A stretch of DNA of 64,000 bases from NCBI RefSeq assembly GCF_009834535.1, contig NC_045696.1, forward strand, positions 67,644,001 to 67,708,000. Direction: 5' to 3'. The notes beneath the pieces were generated by a model. The model worked only from the letters and a program-made list of their open reading frames with translations, ran no database searches and was not told the DNA's origin. Each line of letters opens with the position of its first letter. The first letter of the stretch is position 1. Shown one piece after another: positions 38,781 through 51,860 of this stretch. The translations under genes were made by a program, and so were the position numbers. The DNA comes from Camelus ferus. Its lineage: Eukaryota.

Positions 38781-39369
38781 CCAATCAGCTGTCAACAAAG
38801 ATCATTAAGTCCCCGGGAGGCAGAGAAATATATTGCAAATAATTAGTTATTCCCAATATCTAATAGCTTATTTTATATCATAAAGAATCTATCAAGATAC
38901 ACTATTATTTGGTAGCATGTTTTAAGTATCCAGACTATTTGTTAACAAAGTCGAGATGCAGACCAGGCCCCCAGCTCTGTGGTGGGAGGAGCGCCCTGTG
39001 TTTCTTGTGAGGACACTCAGAATTTCCAAGTCGTCCTACCATTCTCTCTCCTGCAACTTTCAAGCCTAAACGTTGTGAGGAAAAGGGGCCCTAAAGGGTC
39101 ATCAAGGAACTCTCTTGGCTCAGAGGCAACCATAATCAGCCTAAAACACCAGGTCAGCAGGTCAGCAATGAAGCCAGGGGCAAGAAAGGACCTCACTGTC
39201 ACAGCCTCCCGATCTTGGAGGGGGCAGGGCTAACGTAGCCCAAAGTAGGAGGCTCTAAAACGTCACACACACACAGAGACGACATGCCTATCCTCTGAAT
39301 TGTTAATCCACAGATACTGTCTAAAATTCCTGAGTCCTCAGATAGAAAGCATGCCTTTTTTTTTTTTAA

Positions 39370-39680
39370 TATGGAGTGATGCAAATGCTGGGGAGAAGCA
39401 GATAAAAGTTTTTTTGCAAAGTAGGACCAGGAGATTGGAAAGGGGTGGGGCATAAAAGCGGTACTGTTTATTTTACACCTATCCATCCTATTAGATTTGT
39501 TAAACTAGGAGAATGAAATATTTTAATAAAAAAGAGAGAAAAAAAGGCCTTGAGAAATGTGGACCATTTAAATGACAAGGGCGTTAGCTGCTGATTCATC
39601 ATCGTTGTTACTGCGATGATTAATAAATAAATATGCCAGGTAACCCCAAGGAGGTCAAAAATTATCAACATTTAGTAGGG
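39370..39680. promoter_or_regulatory. Repeat-free CNE-like block with octamer and PBX-HOX motif
   Basis: ATGCAAAT at about 39379; TGATTAAT at 39617-39624; AT-rich with retained CpGs. Confidence 0.3.
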
Positions 39681-40699
39681 CTATTAAGACTGTCTCCCTA
39701 TCAGGCACACCATTCCATACACAGAGAGCTATATTTTACTATCTGCCACTGTTGAGTTTGCGGAGCACACTCTCACAGGGCTATAAGGGAGATCTGGGAA
39801 CGGACTGTGGTTATTATGCAAAAGGAGAAAATTATTTCCTTCTGGAGAAGTCTCTGAAGGTGTCACAGAGGTGGCATTTTTGAGCTTAGCTAACCTACAT
39901 TAAAAAAAAAAAAAAAGGCACTCTCCACAGAGGAACAATTTGATTAAAAGCAGAGAAATGGGTGGGATGGGGTAGCGTGCATAAGGACCGGCTCTTTGTT
40001 TGGACTGGGGCAACTGTGGGGACTGTGAAGGAAAATCAGGAAGGAAGACTGGAGAGGCGGCAACAGAGCCCACGGCTATCAGGCCCCAGGGTGCAGGCGT
40101 CTGCTGTGGTCCTGGGAAGCTGTTCAAAGCTAAAGTGATGAGTAGCAGAGTGACTAAAGCAAAATGAAATGGCATATAAAACATAAAGTAAGTGGTAGGA
40201 AGGCTGAATTCATACCAGCCTGTGACCAGTGACGTAAAACACTGAGGAAGGCCAAGTGTTGCACATAATCAGGGCAAACATTTTTGAAGTTAAGGTTGTA
40301 ATGATAGTCACCAAATTCTTTGCCTTTTTATATTGTTTCTTACCCAGATTGAACAACTATTACAAATGTCTCCCATGCTCTGTTTTTGGTTATGCGTTCC
40401 TTGATAGCTCTGGGAAACTAACACACCACTAGAGTATTAAGGACCATGTGCGCATTGGAGGGGAAAGAGGAGAGAAATAATTGAATTCAGATATGATATC
40501 CTGGGATAACTTAAACCACTCAAACAATTAGGCAATTAATAAAATACCTGAAAACCTGCAAAATATCCCATGGAAATGGGCCAGCATGGACTCTTTTTGG
40601 AAAGCCCTGTTAGAAAGTAGGAATCAGGTATCATCTTCAAAGGAGGTAACAGAATCTCCTTTCCAAGAGCTATTGAATGGGTGGCTAGCTAGAAGCAGA

Positions 40700-40900
40700 A
40701 TCATGGGTCATGTAGCAGAAAGAACAAGTGATGCGATGCTGGGAAGTCTGGGTTTGAATTCTGCTCCGTACTTTACTGGTCCTGCGATCCAGAGAAAGTC
40801 TCTCAAGTGGAGAGTTTTCACGGAACCGTCATTCCAAACTGAGAAAATGAGCTTGACTGGCTCACCCTCATACCTCTAGCCAGTGGGAAAGTCACATTAA
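40700..40900 (+). mobile_element. MIR SINE
   Basis: 'aagtctgggtttgaattctgctccgtactttactgg...agaaagtctct...gagaaaatgag'. Confidence 0.65.
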
Positions 40901-41571
40901 AAATGAAGGTTCCAAACTCCTTCCAGATTTAACCACTACAAATGGGTCACCTGTCGGTAGGACACAGTCTGATGTCATTTGCTGTAATTGGGGAAAAGCA
41001 GAAGCTTAGCTGCGAGGCCTTGGCAGGTGAGCAAAAAGGTTGTCGTTGTTATTCCCCAACACTGTTTTTAAACGTAATTGTTTGTTTGCTTCTTTGGAGT
41101 CTACACAATCTGTTCTTTGATTTGGGATCTCAAACAGTTTGCTGTTGCTTCACGGCTTTGAAGATCAGCTTCAAGAAACGAAACCAACGAGCTGTCAGAC
41201 ACTGTGAGCATTAAAGCTACGAATATTTGCAGGCGTCGCAAGAGGAAGGAGCCCTCAAGTTTTGTCTTCAGGATCCTCACTTAGAGGCCTGGCAGCGTCT
41301 GGGACCTCTTTGGCACGGGGCCTCTTCTTAAACCAAAGTGTTTTCCAAATGTGAGATTTTTACTGCTTGCTATTTGTGCAAGGAAACATTAACAGCACAG
41401 GGTGACGTTTTCCAAAGTCACAGTTAAAAGAGGCATACAGTAGATTTTGCCTGAAAAGTTCAGAGCAATGTCAGGATTATCTAATATAAATAAACTGATA
41501 GTTGGGCCAATTCTCTCCAACCTCTAGCAGATATCTTTCTCTGTCCTTTGAGAAGAACTTGATTAAACTAC

Positions 41572-41775
41572 TAGAATTTTAGAATCTACAGGCTGGAAAC
41601 AACCTCTGTGGTGATCTATTCGACCTCCAAGCTCTGCTTCATTTGGTGCATCCCCAGTGCAGTCTTCCAGCCTCTCCAGAGGTGGAAATCTCACTATTTC
41701 CAAGAGCAACGGAGCCTTTTTTCAGACAGCTATGTTTTGGCCTTCCTGTCGCTGAGCTAATCTATGTCCCCTCCA
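41572..41775 (-). mobile_element. L3/CR1 LINE 3' fragment
   Basis: 'tagaatttt...ggctggaaacaacctctgtggtgatctatt...ccagcctc...ggaaatctcactatttcc'. Confidence 0.55.
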
Positions 41776-42494
41776 TGTCCCCTTCCACCTATCCCCGTTA
41801 TATTGTCACATTTATTAAGCAGTATCTCTAATTCTGTCTGCCAATTTTGTCTTCTCATTTTTTAAAGCCCGCTTTAGCCTTCCTTCCTTCCTAGAAGCCC
41901 AGCAGGACTGGGCTTTTCTAATTCTATCCTTTTCTAATATCCTCCCCTCATCTGGAGCCTGACAGTGCTTACCAAGCTCTGGGCTCTTTTCTAGATGCTA
42001 CTAAGAACCAGACCTTCTCTTCGGAACTTCTCTTCTGAAGTTAAGAGAGGCACAGGGGCAAACTTTAGACCCACACTGATACTGATGACTAGATCATGCC
42101 GATGTGTCAGTCAAAGGGATAGTACCTCGTCCCCTTCACTGCAAAACAAAACATATGCCTAAGAATACTTCATTTCCTATCATCTGCTTATAGTTGGCTT
42201 CCCAATAATATACCTGCCTTCACCCAGTTAATCACTTCTACCATTTTATTTTATAGCTATGTATGTTTCTTCCATATAAATTATGTCCCCTCCCACCTGA
42301 CCCCAGGGCAGTTCCCCCCTTTTACAGGATGCCAGTCCAACACCATGAAACTCCTAGACTGGAATTATTCTATTGGTCTGCTCTCTAAGTATGATTAGGA
42401 TTATTTTCTCCCTACTGGTGTAACCAAATTAAAGCTATCTTCTTAATTACTGGCTGTTTAAACGTGCAGCGCATTGGCGCGGTCGAAAGTTCAC

Positions 42495-42584
42495 CTGTGA
42501 AGGGATCCTTGCACTTGCTGATGCAGAATCGCCAGTCCTTAGCCACGAATCCAGGAAGGGGCTGGCTAAGCTTTTGCAGACCAT
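42495..42584 (-). other. Candidate alternative first exon (ATG + 30 codons + donor) in a CpG-retaining block
   Basis: Minus strand ttcATGG...TCACAG|gtgaac encodes MVCKSLASPFLDSWLRTGDSASASARIPSQ; peptide not recognised. Confidence 0.2.
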
Positions 42585-43882
42585 GAAGAAACTCAGCAGG
42601 ACTGAGAAATATTGACGGACTTCATCATTTTGCTGAGTGCAGTGCTTAAGCAGGCAGTTCTTTGCAGAAAATTGTGGAAAATTGCTCCATTTGGTATTGT
42701 CATTGATTTGTGGAAACGTGGAGTTTGCGTGTGTGTGTGTACGTGTACACACACAATTCAAAGACAGAGAGTTTGTATGTTAAGGGTTTTGCTGATTTTC
42801 ACCCGAAAGCATGTGGGAATCTTGAAGTAAAATGTGGCTATATTAATAAGAGGTGCCAATTGTAAGCCATACTAACAAGCACAGGCAATTTAATCTCCAG
42901 AATTTCCCACCTCCCTAAGTGTACTCATACTATTTCCTCTGTCAGGAACATCACTCTCTTAATGCTCCCCAGCCTGAGGTCACTGATTGCCCAAGCTCAG
43001 TCGGTAAGACCCCATCTACACCACTCTCCTCTTGAACCCCTCTCAACCCCCAAAGGGCATCATTCCTCCTGGTGGTACTTGATACACTTGACTTTCTATA
43101 TGCATTTGCAGATTGGTGCAAATCAATTGGTTTTATCTTTTGCAAAAACCACAGTATTTTTTCTAGTTCCAGGCATATCATGGGGTCCTCAGAAAATCTA
43201 GCATGACTTGTATTTCTAAAGTATAAAATAGGAGTCATGGATGTTTTATAAAGCAAGCAGTGAAATACCTTCTTTGAGTCTAAGCTCACAGAGGACAGGG
43301 ATGCTGATATGATAGTCTCTCACTCCATTCCAGCCCTGAGCAATGACAATGGCTGCAAATCACTAACTGAGCTCAATTTACAAGCCTGAGGACAGATATG
43401 ATAGGACAACCAATTAAAGACCTGTCGGTTTTATATCTGAAACTAATGAGCAGATGCCATCCCACTGCTGACTGTCATTTCCTAATAAATGAGAGAAAGA
43501 CAAGGTCAAAGTGTATAAAAGCAAAAAATAGCAAGTTAAATAAATTTACTTCATAAAACAAATGATTGAGGACCGTATACATGACCATGATTGGGAGAGG
43601 TGCTTTAGAAATGCCTAGTTTCGCAGACTTTGTTGTCTTTCATCATCAGGCTCCCTCTCCAAGTTGGACCATTTCTTCCAGATGAGTGACTTCAGCCCAA
43701 GAGTTTCCTTGTAACTCATCTCTTGGAAACCAGAAACTCATCCCTTCATAAAGACAGCGCTATAGTTGGAGGTTAGGTTCCAAGGCTAATCCAAAAGCCC
43801 TATTAAACCTGACAGTATGTGAACCATGTTTTCTGAACCCAAAATAGAGACACTGTACGAGAAGTTCAAGAAGAAGAGGAAA

Positions 43883-44100
43883 ATAATGTTAATAACAATA
43901 GTAACCAAAACTTACACAGCCAGTACTGCTCTGAGAACTTACAAGGCACTCATTTAATCCGTACAACAGCCCAATAAGGAGAGTCCAGCCCAGAGAGGTT
44001 AGGAGAGGTGCTTAAGGTCCCGGCCAGCAAGTTAAGCAGCAAGATTGGAATCCTGACAGTCTAATTCCAGAGCCTATGGCTTAACTTCTATGCGTTATTA
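43883..44100 (-). mobile_element. MIR SINE
   Basis: 'actcatttaatccgtacaacagcc...gcccagagaggttagg...cagtctaattccagagcctatggcttaac'. Confidence 0.8.
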
Positions 44101-44919
44101 CTTCTGGCTAAGGAGACATGTATTGAAAGCTTCAACTTGCAAGACCACTCTTGTTGGGGCAAGAATTGGCAGGAGAATCTGTACCTTTAGCTGTGGAGGA
44201 GCAGTAGGAAAAGAGACGCTTCCAACACACGTTTACAGTACAGTGTTTCCAGGGCCCACGTCAGACAGCCAAGGAGAAAACAGAGGTTCTGGGGAGTGAA
44301 GAGCTTGGATCTGAAGCTAGAGATCTGGAGAGATGACTGAGCACATAAATGTCGAAGAGGCATCTGGAATAGTACCTGGTAAGGGGAGTGAACCTGAGGA
44401 TGGAGCCTACGGTTGCCAGCAGTGTGATAAATGGGACTCGGTGACAGTGGGAGGTGAGGCCCCTCTCTCTTCTCTCACATACCCCAGTGTGTTGGCATTT
44501 CAACAGATTCCCCACCCACTGTCCAAACCTCCATTAGTGAAGGAGGGAACCGTGTGATGAGGGGCACAACAGGTGTAGAGGGTCTATGAGCTGGTAGCTA
44601 CAGCAAGGGAGGGGAAAGGGAGGATTGAAAGTAGAAAAATCTCCAAGTACGTTGAGAGTAAGAGAACCCTACAACAACCTAATGGAGGCACACCTACGTA
44701 TGTAAGAGGAAGGCATATGGAGTCCAGGCTGTGGCTAATTCAGCCAGCAGTATGTGCAATAATTTCAGGTGCAAGAAACATTTCTTGGCAGTGTCTGGAA
44801 TACAGTAGGTTACTCTAGTGCAAGTAAAGTCAAAGGCCCTTTTCTCCTGTCTTTCAGACCAATTACAAGTTCCAAGGAATATTTGTAGACATAAGTCAGG
44901 GAAGTTTGACTCAAGGGGA

Positions 44920-45125
44920 CAGTCTTGTGGCTTTGGAGCCAGAAGAGTAAGAGTCAGGTCAGTTTTACCGTTCACAAGCAATAGAACTTGGAGCAAGTAA
45001 CTTATTCGCCCTTATCAACCCTCAGGTCTTAATCAAATGTAAAAAACTATGATAACCAACCTCTGCTATAAGGACAAATGGATAATGGATGAGAACAGCA
45101 CTTCACAAACTGTGATGCAGTTATC
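44920..45125 (+). mobile_element. MIR SINE
   Basis: 'tggctttggagccagaaga...acttggagcaagtaactt...cagcacttcacaaactgt'. Confidence 0.65.
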
Positions 45126-45229
45126 AGCTTACCAAATTATTTCAAGGTAGAACTGAAGCCACCAGAAATAAAATATTTGTTTCTAAGCTTGTTCATCTAT
45201 CAAGGTTCATCCTTTCAGACACAGGTGAA

Positions 45230-45465
45230 ATCTCAACAACCCTGTGATATCTTTCCCGGAATTCCAAGAAGGCAGGCCACCCCTAGTCTATGCCTCTTTA
45301 TCCTGCCTCCCGTATAGCATCTATCACTAGGAGGAGCATTTGCTGATTCACATGTCCATCTCTGCCAACAGGCTGAGAGCTCAGATTGTACTGTATTTAC
45401 CTGATATCCAGCATCTGGCAGAAATTCCTGAAACACACAATAACCTCAGAAAACGTTGGGTGAAG
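45230..45465 (+). mobile_element. L2 3' fragment
   Basis: 'caacaggctgagagctc...tatccagcatctggcagaaattcctgaaacac...ctcagaaaacgttgggtgaa'. Confidence 0.55.
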
Positions 45466-45674
45466 AAGATGGGTAATTATATTTTGTGGATTTCTTATCC
45501 ATCATCTCTTAGCTTGGACTTTTAAAGTTTTTTTTTTTCCCTCCTCTTTTTAATTGTTCTGAGTTTTATTGATGGAGAGTTTCAGAATCACACATTGCAT
45601 AAATTGAAAAGTATGGTTTGGGACATTAGAATTTTTTTTCTTTGTTTGCTCTCCTTCAGAGAGTAATAAGTTTC

Positions 45675-45893
45675 CTGAGATTAACAAACTTCTTCTATAA
45701 AGAGCCAGACAGGAAATACTGCAAGGTTTGTGGGCCATTTGGTCTCTGTCCCAACTACTCAGCTCTTCTGGGTAGAGAGAAATCAGCTACAGACAACACA
45801 TAAACAAATGGATATGACTGAATTTTGATAAATATTTACAAACACAGGTAGTGGTCTGGATTTGGCCCGTGAGCCATTCTTTGCTGACCCCTG
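45675..45893 (+). mobile_element. MER58A hAT-Charlie DNA transposon
   Basis: 'caaacttcttctataagagccagac...ggtctctgtcccaactactcagctc...ggatttggcccgtgagcc...tttgctgacccctg' followed by a tctag-type target. Confidence 0.9.
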
Positions 45894-46544
45894 TTCTAGA
45901 TACATAAATCATTTTTTCTACTATTTCCAACAGTTCTGTCACTTAGCTAATGTGAAATGTTATGTATCAAATGCCCTATTGCTCCAACAGCCAATCCTAA
46001 GTTGCAACTAAATGCTTAACACTTGTGAAAATGCTTGCATCTTGATTTTTAGTCTCTTATCTTCTGACAGCACCTAGTGTATGTCCACTGAAACCCAACC
46101 GCAAGGACAGAGGATTGTAGGAAAGATAAACTGTAGCCAATGTGTACATCTCTTGGCTAGGAGGAGCAGAAGTAAGGGCACAATCACAACGGGAAGCACT
46201 CAGGGTTAGAAATAACGTCTCATGATCTCAGAGAATGTATGTCCCCACTGTATGCTAGTGCAGTGTCTGACTGTGAACGAATCCAGAGTAAACACTCATG
46301 GACAGATGATGAGAAAACGTGATTCTGGTTCACAGGCATCATACCCAGTAGGAACTGCCTGAGTTGATGATTATAATGACATCACCTTCAAGAATTCTAC
46401 CTGTCTCTTTCTCTTTCATGGATCCATGCCATTTACTCAGCCATTTGTGTCTCCATTACTAAATTACATGTTACTGTCTAATCAAATTCTGTAATTTCCT
46501 TTAGGATTTAGCAAAGTGTCACATAGAGAGAATATACTTTTGTA

Positions 46545-46710
46545 GAATGAAAGGATGGATGAATGGATGGATGCATAGATGGACAGATTGATGGATAGAT
46601 GGATGCAAAGTACCCGTCAGACTGTGTTATCAAGTGACAAATCTTTCCCAGTAGGAAACCTATCATTAAGTAGTAACTCGTTATTGATCCATATAGATAG
46701 ATAGATAGAT
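46545..46710. repeat. (GGAT)n degenerate repeat (likely an L2 tail) and a short (TAGA)n at about 46693-46710
   Basis: Read directly from the sequence. Confidence 0.8.
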
Positions 46711-47300
46711 ACGCTACAAATATTAAATGGCCATAGAGATTTGGAAAAAAGACAAGATAATTTATGGCTGAGGCAAATTCCTTCAGGAAGAGCTCATCAG
46801 TCTCCTATGTGGTTCCTCCACATCCCGTTCATTATACTTAGTTTACAAATTTGGAAGTAGCAATTCACACGCATGTCCTAGATGATGAGCTCTCCGAAGA
46901 CAGGAATCAGAGTTGACTCAGGAATCATAATTGTCTCATCTTCTATCTCTGTCTCAGTGGCTCTTTGCAAGGCCTGATATAGTAAATGCCTCTGTAATTA
47001 TTTGAAGACTAAAAGATTTTGGATGCCTGACAGAGGAACATAGGGATTTTGCTGTCACCTCAGTTCTAGAAAGACAGCCTTCATCTAGCTCACAATTTCA
47101 CCTGCGTTTATCATGTCCCACAGGAGCTGGGTTTCATGTGGGAGCTCTGAGTTCTCCTGTGCTCCAGGCCAATCTCCTTTGGGGTAGCTGAGAAGAAGGC
47201 TGGTTTGGTTGCCACTCTTAAAACTAAAGAAGCATTAAATCGAAGTGCCTCAACTGTCATCCAAAGCCTGGAGGCCACTCCAAGCAAATAGCCCTAACCT

Positions 47301-47320
47301 TATTTTATTTCTATTTATTT

Positions 47321-47372
<52 letters not shown>

Positions 47373-47374
47373 TT
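47301..47374. repeat. (TATT)n tetranucleotide microsatellite
   Basis: Read directly from the sequence. Confidence 0.95.
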
Positions 47375-48579
47375 GCTTGAGTAGTTTACAATTTAACAAT
47401 AGTCTGGGTGAAGCATCATCTTTTACCTGTAAATGGTCCTGTCAGAGCACGATGCACTGGCAGCTTAAAGCTATTTTAACTTTAGGGTTTTGAGGACTAT
47501 AAAACTAAGTAGCTTCTCATTATCAATTTTTTTTTTTTTTGGCATTTGAAATTTCCTTTGTTGAATTTACTTAAAATAGGTAATACCCTTGGTACAAATA
47601 GAACATTCCTGCTATTAGGCTGAAAATGACAATGATGATAGCACTTTGACAAGATAACAGGGTGATACAAACATTTTACAGCAAACACTTCATATGCCAG
47701 AATTAGAATGAAGCAAACACTCCTTTTCCCATCCTGAAGCATTACAGAAAAGAGGGAAGACCTTTTCAGAGAGAAAGAAAACACACTTTTTGACATGCGC
47801 ATCTTAGCTTAGTTGTAAGAGCTAAGAAACCAACACAACCTAGCAACATGCTGGCCCAAACTGGCCAACAATAAAACAGAAAGGGAGAAAAATAAAGCCT
47901 CTAATGCCAGAGCCACCTCAAGTGGAAATCTTCTCGGTGCTTGAGCACCAAAGTCAGCAGTAAACTCTGGAGAAATCTCCCAGCCTCAGAAACACTGGAA
48001 ACAAATACCTAAACGAGGATACCATTTATTTAAAGTACGGGCACCACGCACAAAACAATTCTAGAAGCATGGGGGCTGCAGAGAGCAACAGAAGGAATGG
48101 AAAAAAAGAGAGACCACAGGACAGAGGACAAGGCTTTCTTTGCAATGGCCAAAGCTGATATCTTGATGAGCTGAGTCAGGCCTACAATTATTTTGTGGTT
48201 CCCTCCCCAGCAATCTTCCTTGGTGAATATTCATTATCTAACTAGGCCCCATAAGCCAATCGTGAGCACTAACCAGGATCTAACTTGCCATCCTGATTAG
48301 GCATCAGGTAAATCCCTGCGAGCTCAGTGGATTCCAGGGGCCTGTGCACATCATCTGTAGGGTGGAAATAGGGCACAGTCCTTTGGGGGCTCACATTGGG
48401 GGTGGAAAGAACTCAGCACCCTTTGTCTGGTTTGCACAGCCCACAGAAGACACTGACAGTTTCATCTTCTCCGAGTAATTCTTAGGTGAAGTTTAATCTG
48501 AAGTCAACTGCATCATGTGCTCAGATCGACAGCAGAGTGCCAATGTATTAATGGAACACAAGAGAAGCCCAGGAAAACT

Positions 48580-48770
48580 TTTCCTATTTATACAGTGCTC
48601 TATTGTCTACGAAAGCACTTTCTCACCGAGTCTCACATTTAACCTCCCCACAGCAGAGTGAAATAGACAAGGCAAATATAAGTACCCCGGATTTCCAAGT
48701 CAAAACATCGAAGCCCAATAAGACCAAATAACTGAAGTCGTATCTTCTGACCACAGGCCCAGTGTGCTGG
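48580..48770 (-). mobile_element. MIR SINE
   Basis: 'aaagcactttc...tctcacatttaacctccccacagc...gtgaaatagac'. Confidence 0.65.
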
Positions 48771-49717
48771 CCACAAACCGACCCGTTCCCTCTGCCGGCG
48801 CTGCCTCATCTTTAATTATGAAAGAGTAACACTTTTTGAGAAGTGAAAAATATGCTTGGGTAGCCAAGGCAGAGCAGAAAAGGATCAGGTCAGGACAGCA
48901 GTGATACATTAGGGAAATGACCGGCAATGACCCTTTTCTTAAAAGAATGTGCTTGAGGGAAATTCGGGTGCTCAGATGGTCTCTATTAAATCCTTGTGGC
49001 CAGAGGGAGGTAATGCTTGGGCTGAGGACCCGTAATAACCAGGACTCATGTGAACACACACTCTGTCTCATACTCATACCTCTTTTATTGTCTTTTAAAG
49101 ATGTCCAAAGGCGGGGGGACAGAATGCGGGGGGATGGCTAGAGAAAGGTTTCTCTTACCCTTGGAAGAGCCTCAGTACCAGCTGTGTCCTGAGGTATAAA
49201 CACACTAAATTAAACAAAAACTAAGAGAGGGCAAGAGAAAAGGAGCAAGTGAATCAAGTCTTCTCTTCTGTTTACAGTCCTTCCTGGCAAATATTTTGTC
49301 ACCCATGAAAGACCCATTCATAAAGCCCTATCTCCTATGTAGGTAAGTACTTTGCACCAGGCTCTGTAGCAGAAGCCCCTTAGCCAGAAGGGCGAGGCCC
49401 CCTGACACTGGTAAGCAGTGCATGAGGACCACGGCTCGCATCCCAAGGCAGACAGCATCCCGAAAAGAACAGACCAGAGTCATCAGGGTGGGGCTGGGGC
49501 GTGGGAGGCACACTGTGCTCATCCCCAAGTGAGGTTACACAGGGAAATCCAGAAATGGATAGCCCCAAACAGCCGTCCTAATAGTGTGAGAGGAGGAATG
49601 AGGGAAGGAAAGGAAGTAAACAGTAGTGGAGCATCCATTACGGGTCCAAGCATGAAGCCAGGCACTAACATGTTATCTCGCTTAATAAAGGCCCACAACT
49701 TGCTTGGTATGCATTAT

Positions 49718-49864
49718 GTTTTATAATTAATTTATTTATGGGGCAGGGGGAGGGGGACTAGGTTTGCTTATTTATTTATTTTTAGAGGATTCAATCCTGG
49801 GGGTTGAACCCAGGACCTCGTGTATGCTAAGCATGCACTCCACCACTTGAGCTATGCCCTCCCC
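49718..49864 (-). mobile_element. Camelid tRNA-derived SINE (Vic-1 type), inserted into an antisense MIR (about 49620-49990)
   Basis: Reverse complement 'ggggagggcatagctcaagtggtggagtgcatgcttagcatacacgaggtcctgggttcaacccc' has A/B boxes and a (TAAA)n tail; decayed TSD at 49705-49717 and 49867-49879. Confidence 0.88.
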
Positions 49865-50289
49865 ACTGGCACACATTATTCACACTGAGGCTCAGGGAGG
49901 GGAAGCAACCTAGCTATACAGAAATGCCCAGGAAGTGGCAATGAGATTTGCACTGAGGTCCCAGTGATTCCAAAGACTGTCCTTGGTGCTTTTCATAGTT
50001 TCCTGATGATTTCCTGGGTTTATGCATCTAACCCTCAGCACAATGTGATATAACAAGAACATGTGTTTTGTTTCCATCTCAGGAACTCTTTGGACTTCTT
50101 CTACCAAATGGGAGCATCCGATGAGATGATTTCTAAGGAACATTTCAGATCTAGTAATGTTCCAATTCTATGGAACTCCAGGGGCTTTCTCTACCTGAAT
50201 GCAGCAAGCCACCAGTGGTTCTGAAGTCATGCTTCACAACATACCAGTTTACCATGGGTGACTCCATTTGATATCCTTACCTTTATAAG

Positions 50290-50430
50290 CAGCCTTACTT
50301 CCATGAGCTTCAACTAGCTTACCAGTAAAATAGAGACAATAATAATCCTACCTTAACTAGCCCAAATTTGCAGGGAGCATCAAATAAGTTTAAAGTACGT
50401 GGTATACACGAGTTATTTGCTAAATATTAT
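50290..50430 (+). mobile_element. MIR SINE fragment
   Basis: 'cagtaaaatagagacaataataatcctacctta...catcaaataag'. Confidence 0.6.
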
Positions 50431-51214
50431 CAGCATTCTTGCTCCTCCAAAGGTTGTCTTGTAGGGTTCCAGAATTGTGTCAGTATGCAGAATGCTGAGT
50501 ATGGTTCTATCTGAAATATGCTGCTCCAGGTAACTGACTGAGGCTCTGATTGGCCATCGTTGGCCACTCCCCTGGGTAAATCCTAAAGGAACATGGAGGG
50601 CAGATAGCTACCAGGATCCTAGGGTGAAGGACTGAAATTATATGGTATATTTCCCAAGCATAATACTTTATCATATCAACAATATCATTCCTTCTTGACA
50701 ACAACCCTCTGATACAGGGAAAGAATATTTTCTCCACTTTACAAGTAAGGGAACATATCTAATGTCAAAATCAGAAGAAAGATTAGAAATGATTTAATTT
50801 TAATTCTTTAGTTAAATTTAGGAAAATGGAAATCCAAAGTTTGGGAGATATGGGCAAAGGTATAAGATATAAAGATAAGTTTGGTACTCAACATTTACCT
50901 AATGGCTAGAAAATTTTATTTTCTGGCCCATTTTGTTTAGAACCACATTCATTCTTTTGATCTAAATTATTACAAGATTTTTGGGGGAGGTGGGGAGGAT
51001 TCCCTTCCTTTTTGTTATTCAAGGAATGATATTTAGGTACTGGTAAAGGATGTACGCAACACATTTCTTCTAAATGTACTAGCCCTTTATAAATATTTTC
51101 CTATGAGCAGGAGAGAAGGGCTCAGTAGGGTTAACCAACGCTAGGGATCATACGGCAAAACTGATGTTAGAAGGATCCAGATTCCTACACAACAGCTATC
51201 GTTGGGCATCCTAT

Positions 51215-51660
51215 CACCTAGTAAGAAGAAAGTGACACTGCACTCCACTGGTGAGTCCACACCTCAAAGATTACATCTGATTCTGAGCCATACACTTCTT
51301 AACAGGGATGAGAACAATACCCTAAATACTGATGGTCCTCAAAACCATAGTAATAAAGACTCATTAAAGAACTGGCAATGATCACTCAGATGACGAGAAC
51401 ATTGAAGGCATTTGTGAGTATTGTCTTCAGTATATTAAAAGAATGTCATGTAGACATGTACGCCCGTCCTTCCTTCCCTTCCTTCCTTCCTTTTGTTCCC
51501 TCCTCCAATATTAGAAGAAAAAAAAAAGTTCCAGAGCTTCGAAGTAGGTCAAGGTTTAGAAATAACAGGAAAAACTTTCAACTTAATAAAAGCAGAATAG
51601 ATCTATTCAATGATGGGATGAATTGTTTTGGAAGGTAATAAACATCTCATCACTGTAAAT
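51215..51660 (+). mobile_element. L3/CR1 LINE fragment
   Basis: 'ctccactggtgagtccacacctc...attaaagaactgg...tgtcttcagtatattaaaagaatgtcatg...atgggatgaattg...catcactg'. Confidence 0.7.
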
Positions 51661-51664
51661 AATA

Positions 51665-51860
51665 AAGGTTATAATAACTAAAGTAACCGTTAACTGAGTA
51701 TACAGTATGTGTCAAACCGGGCTCTTCACATGTATTTTTATTGTAATCCTATAGGTAGATGCTATGATGCCATTTTACAAAAAAGAAAGCTGAAGCTTAA
51801 TGACACATAGTTAATAGAAGGCAGAGAAAATTTTGAGCCCAATTCCGCCTGATTTTAAAA
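51665..51860 (-). mobile_element. MIR SINE
   Basis: 'cctataggtagatgctatgatgccattttacaa...aagctgaagct...ggcagag...tttgagccc'. Confidence 0.7.
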
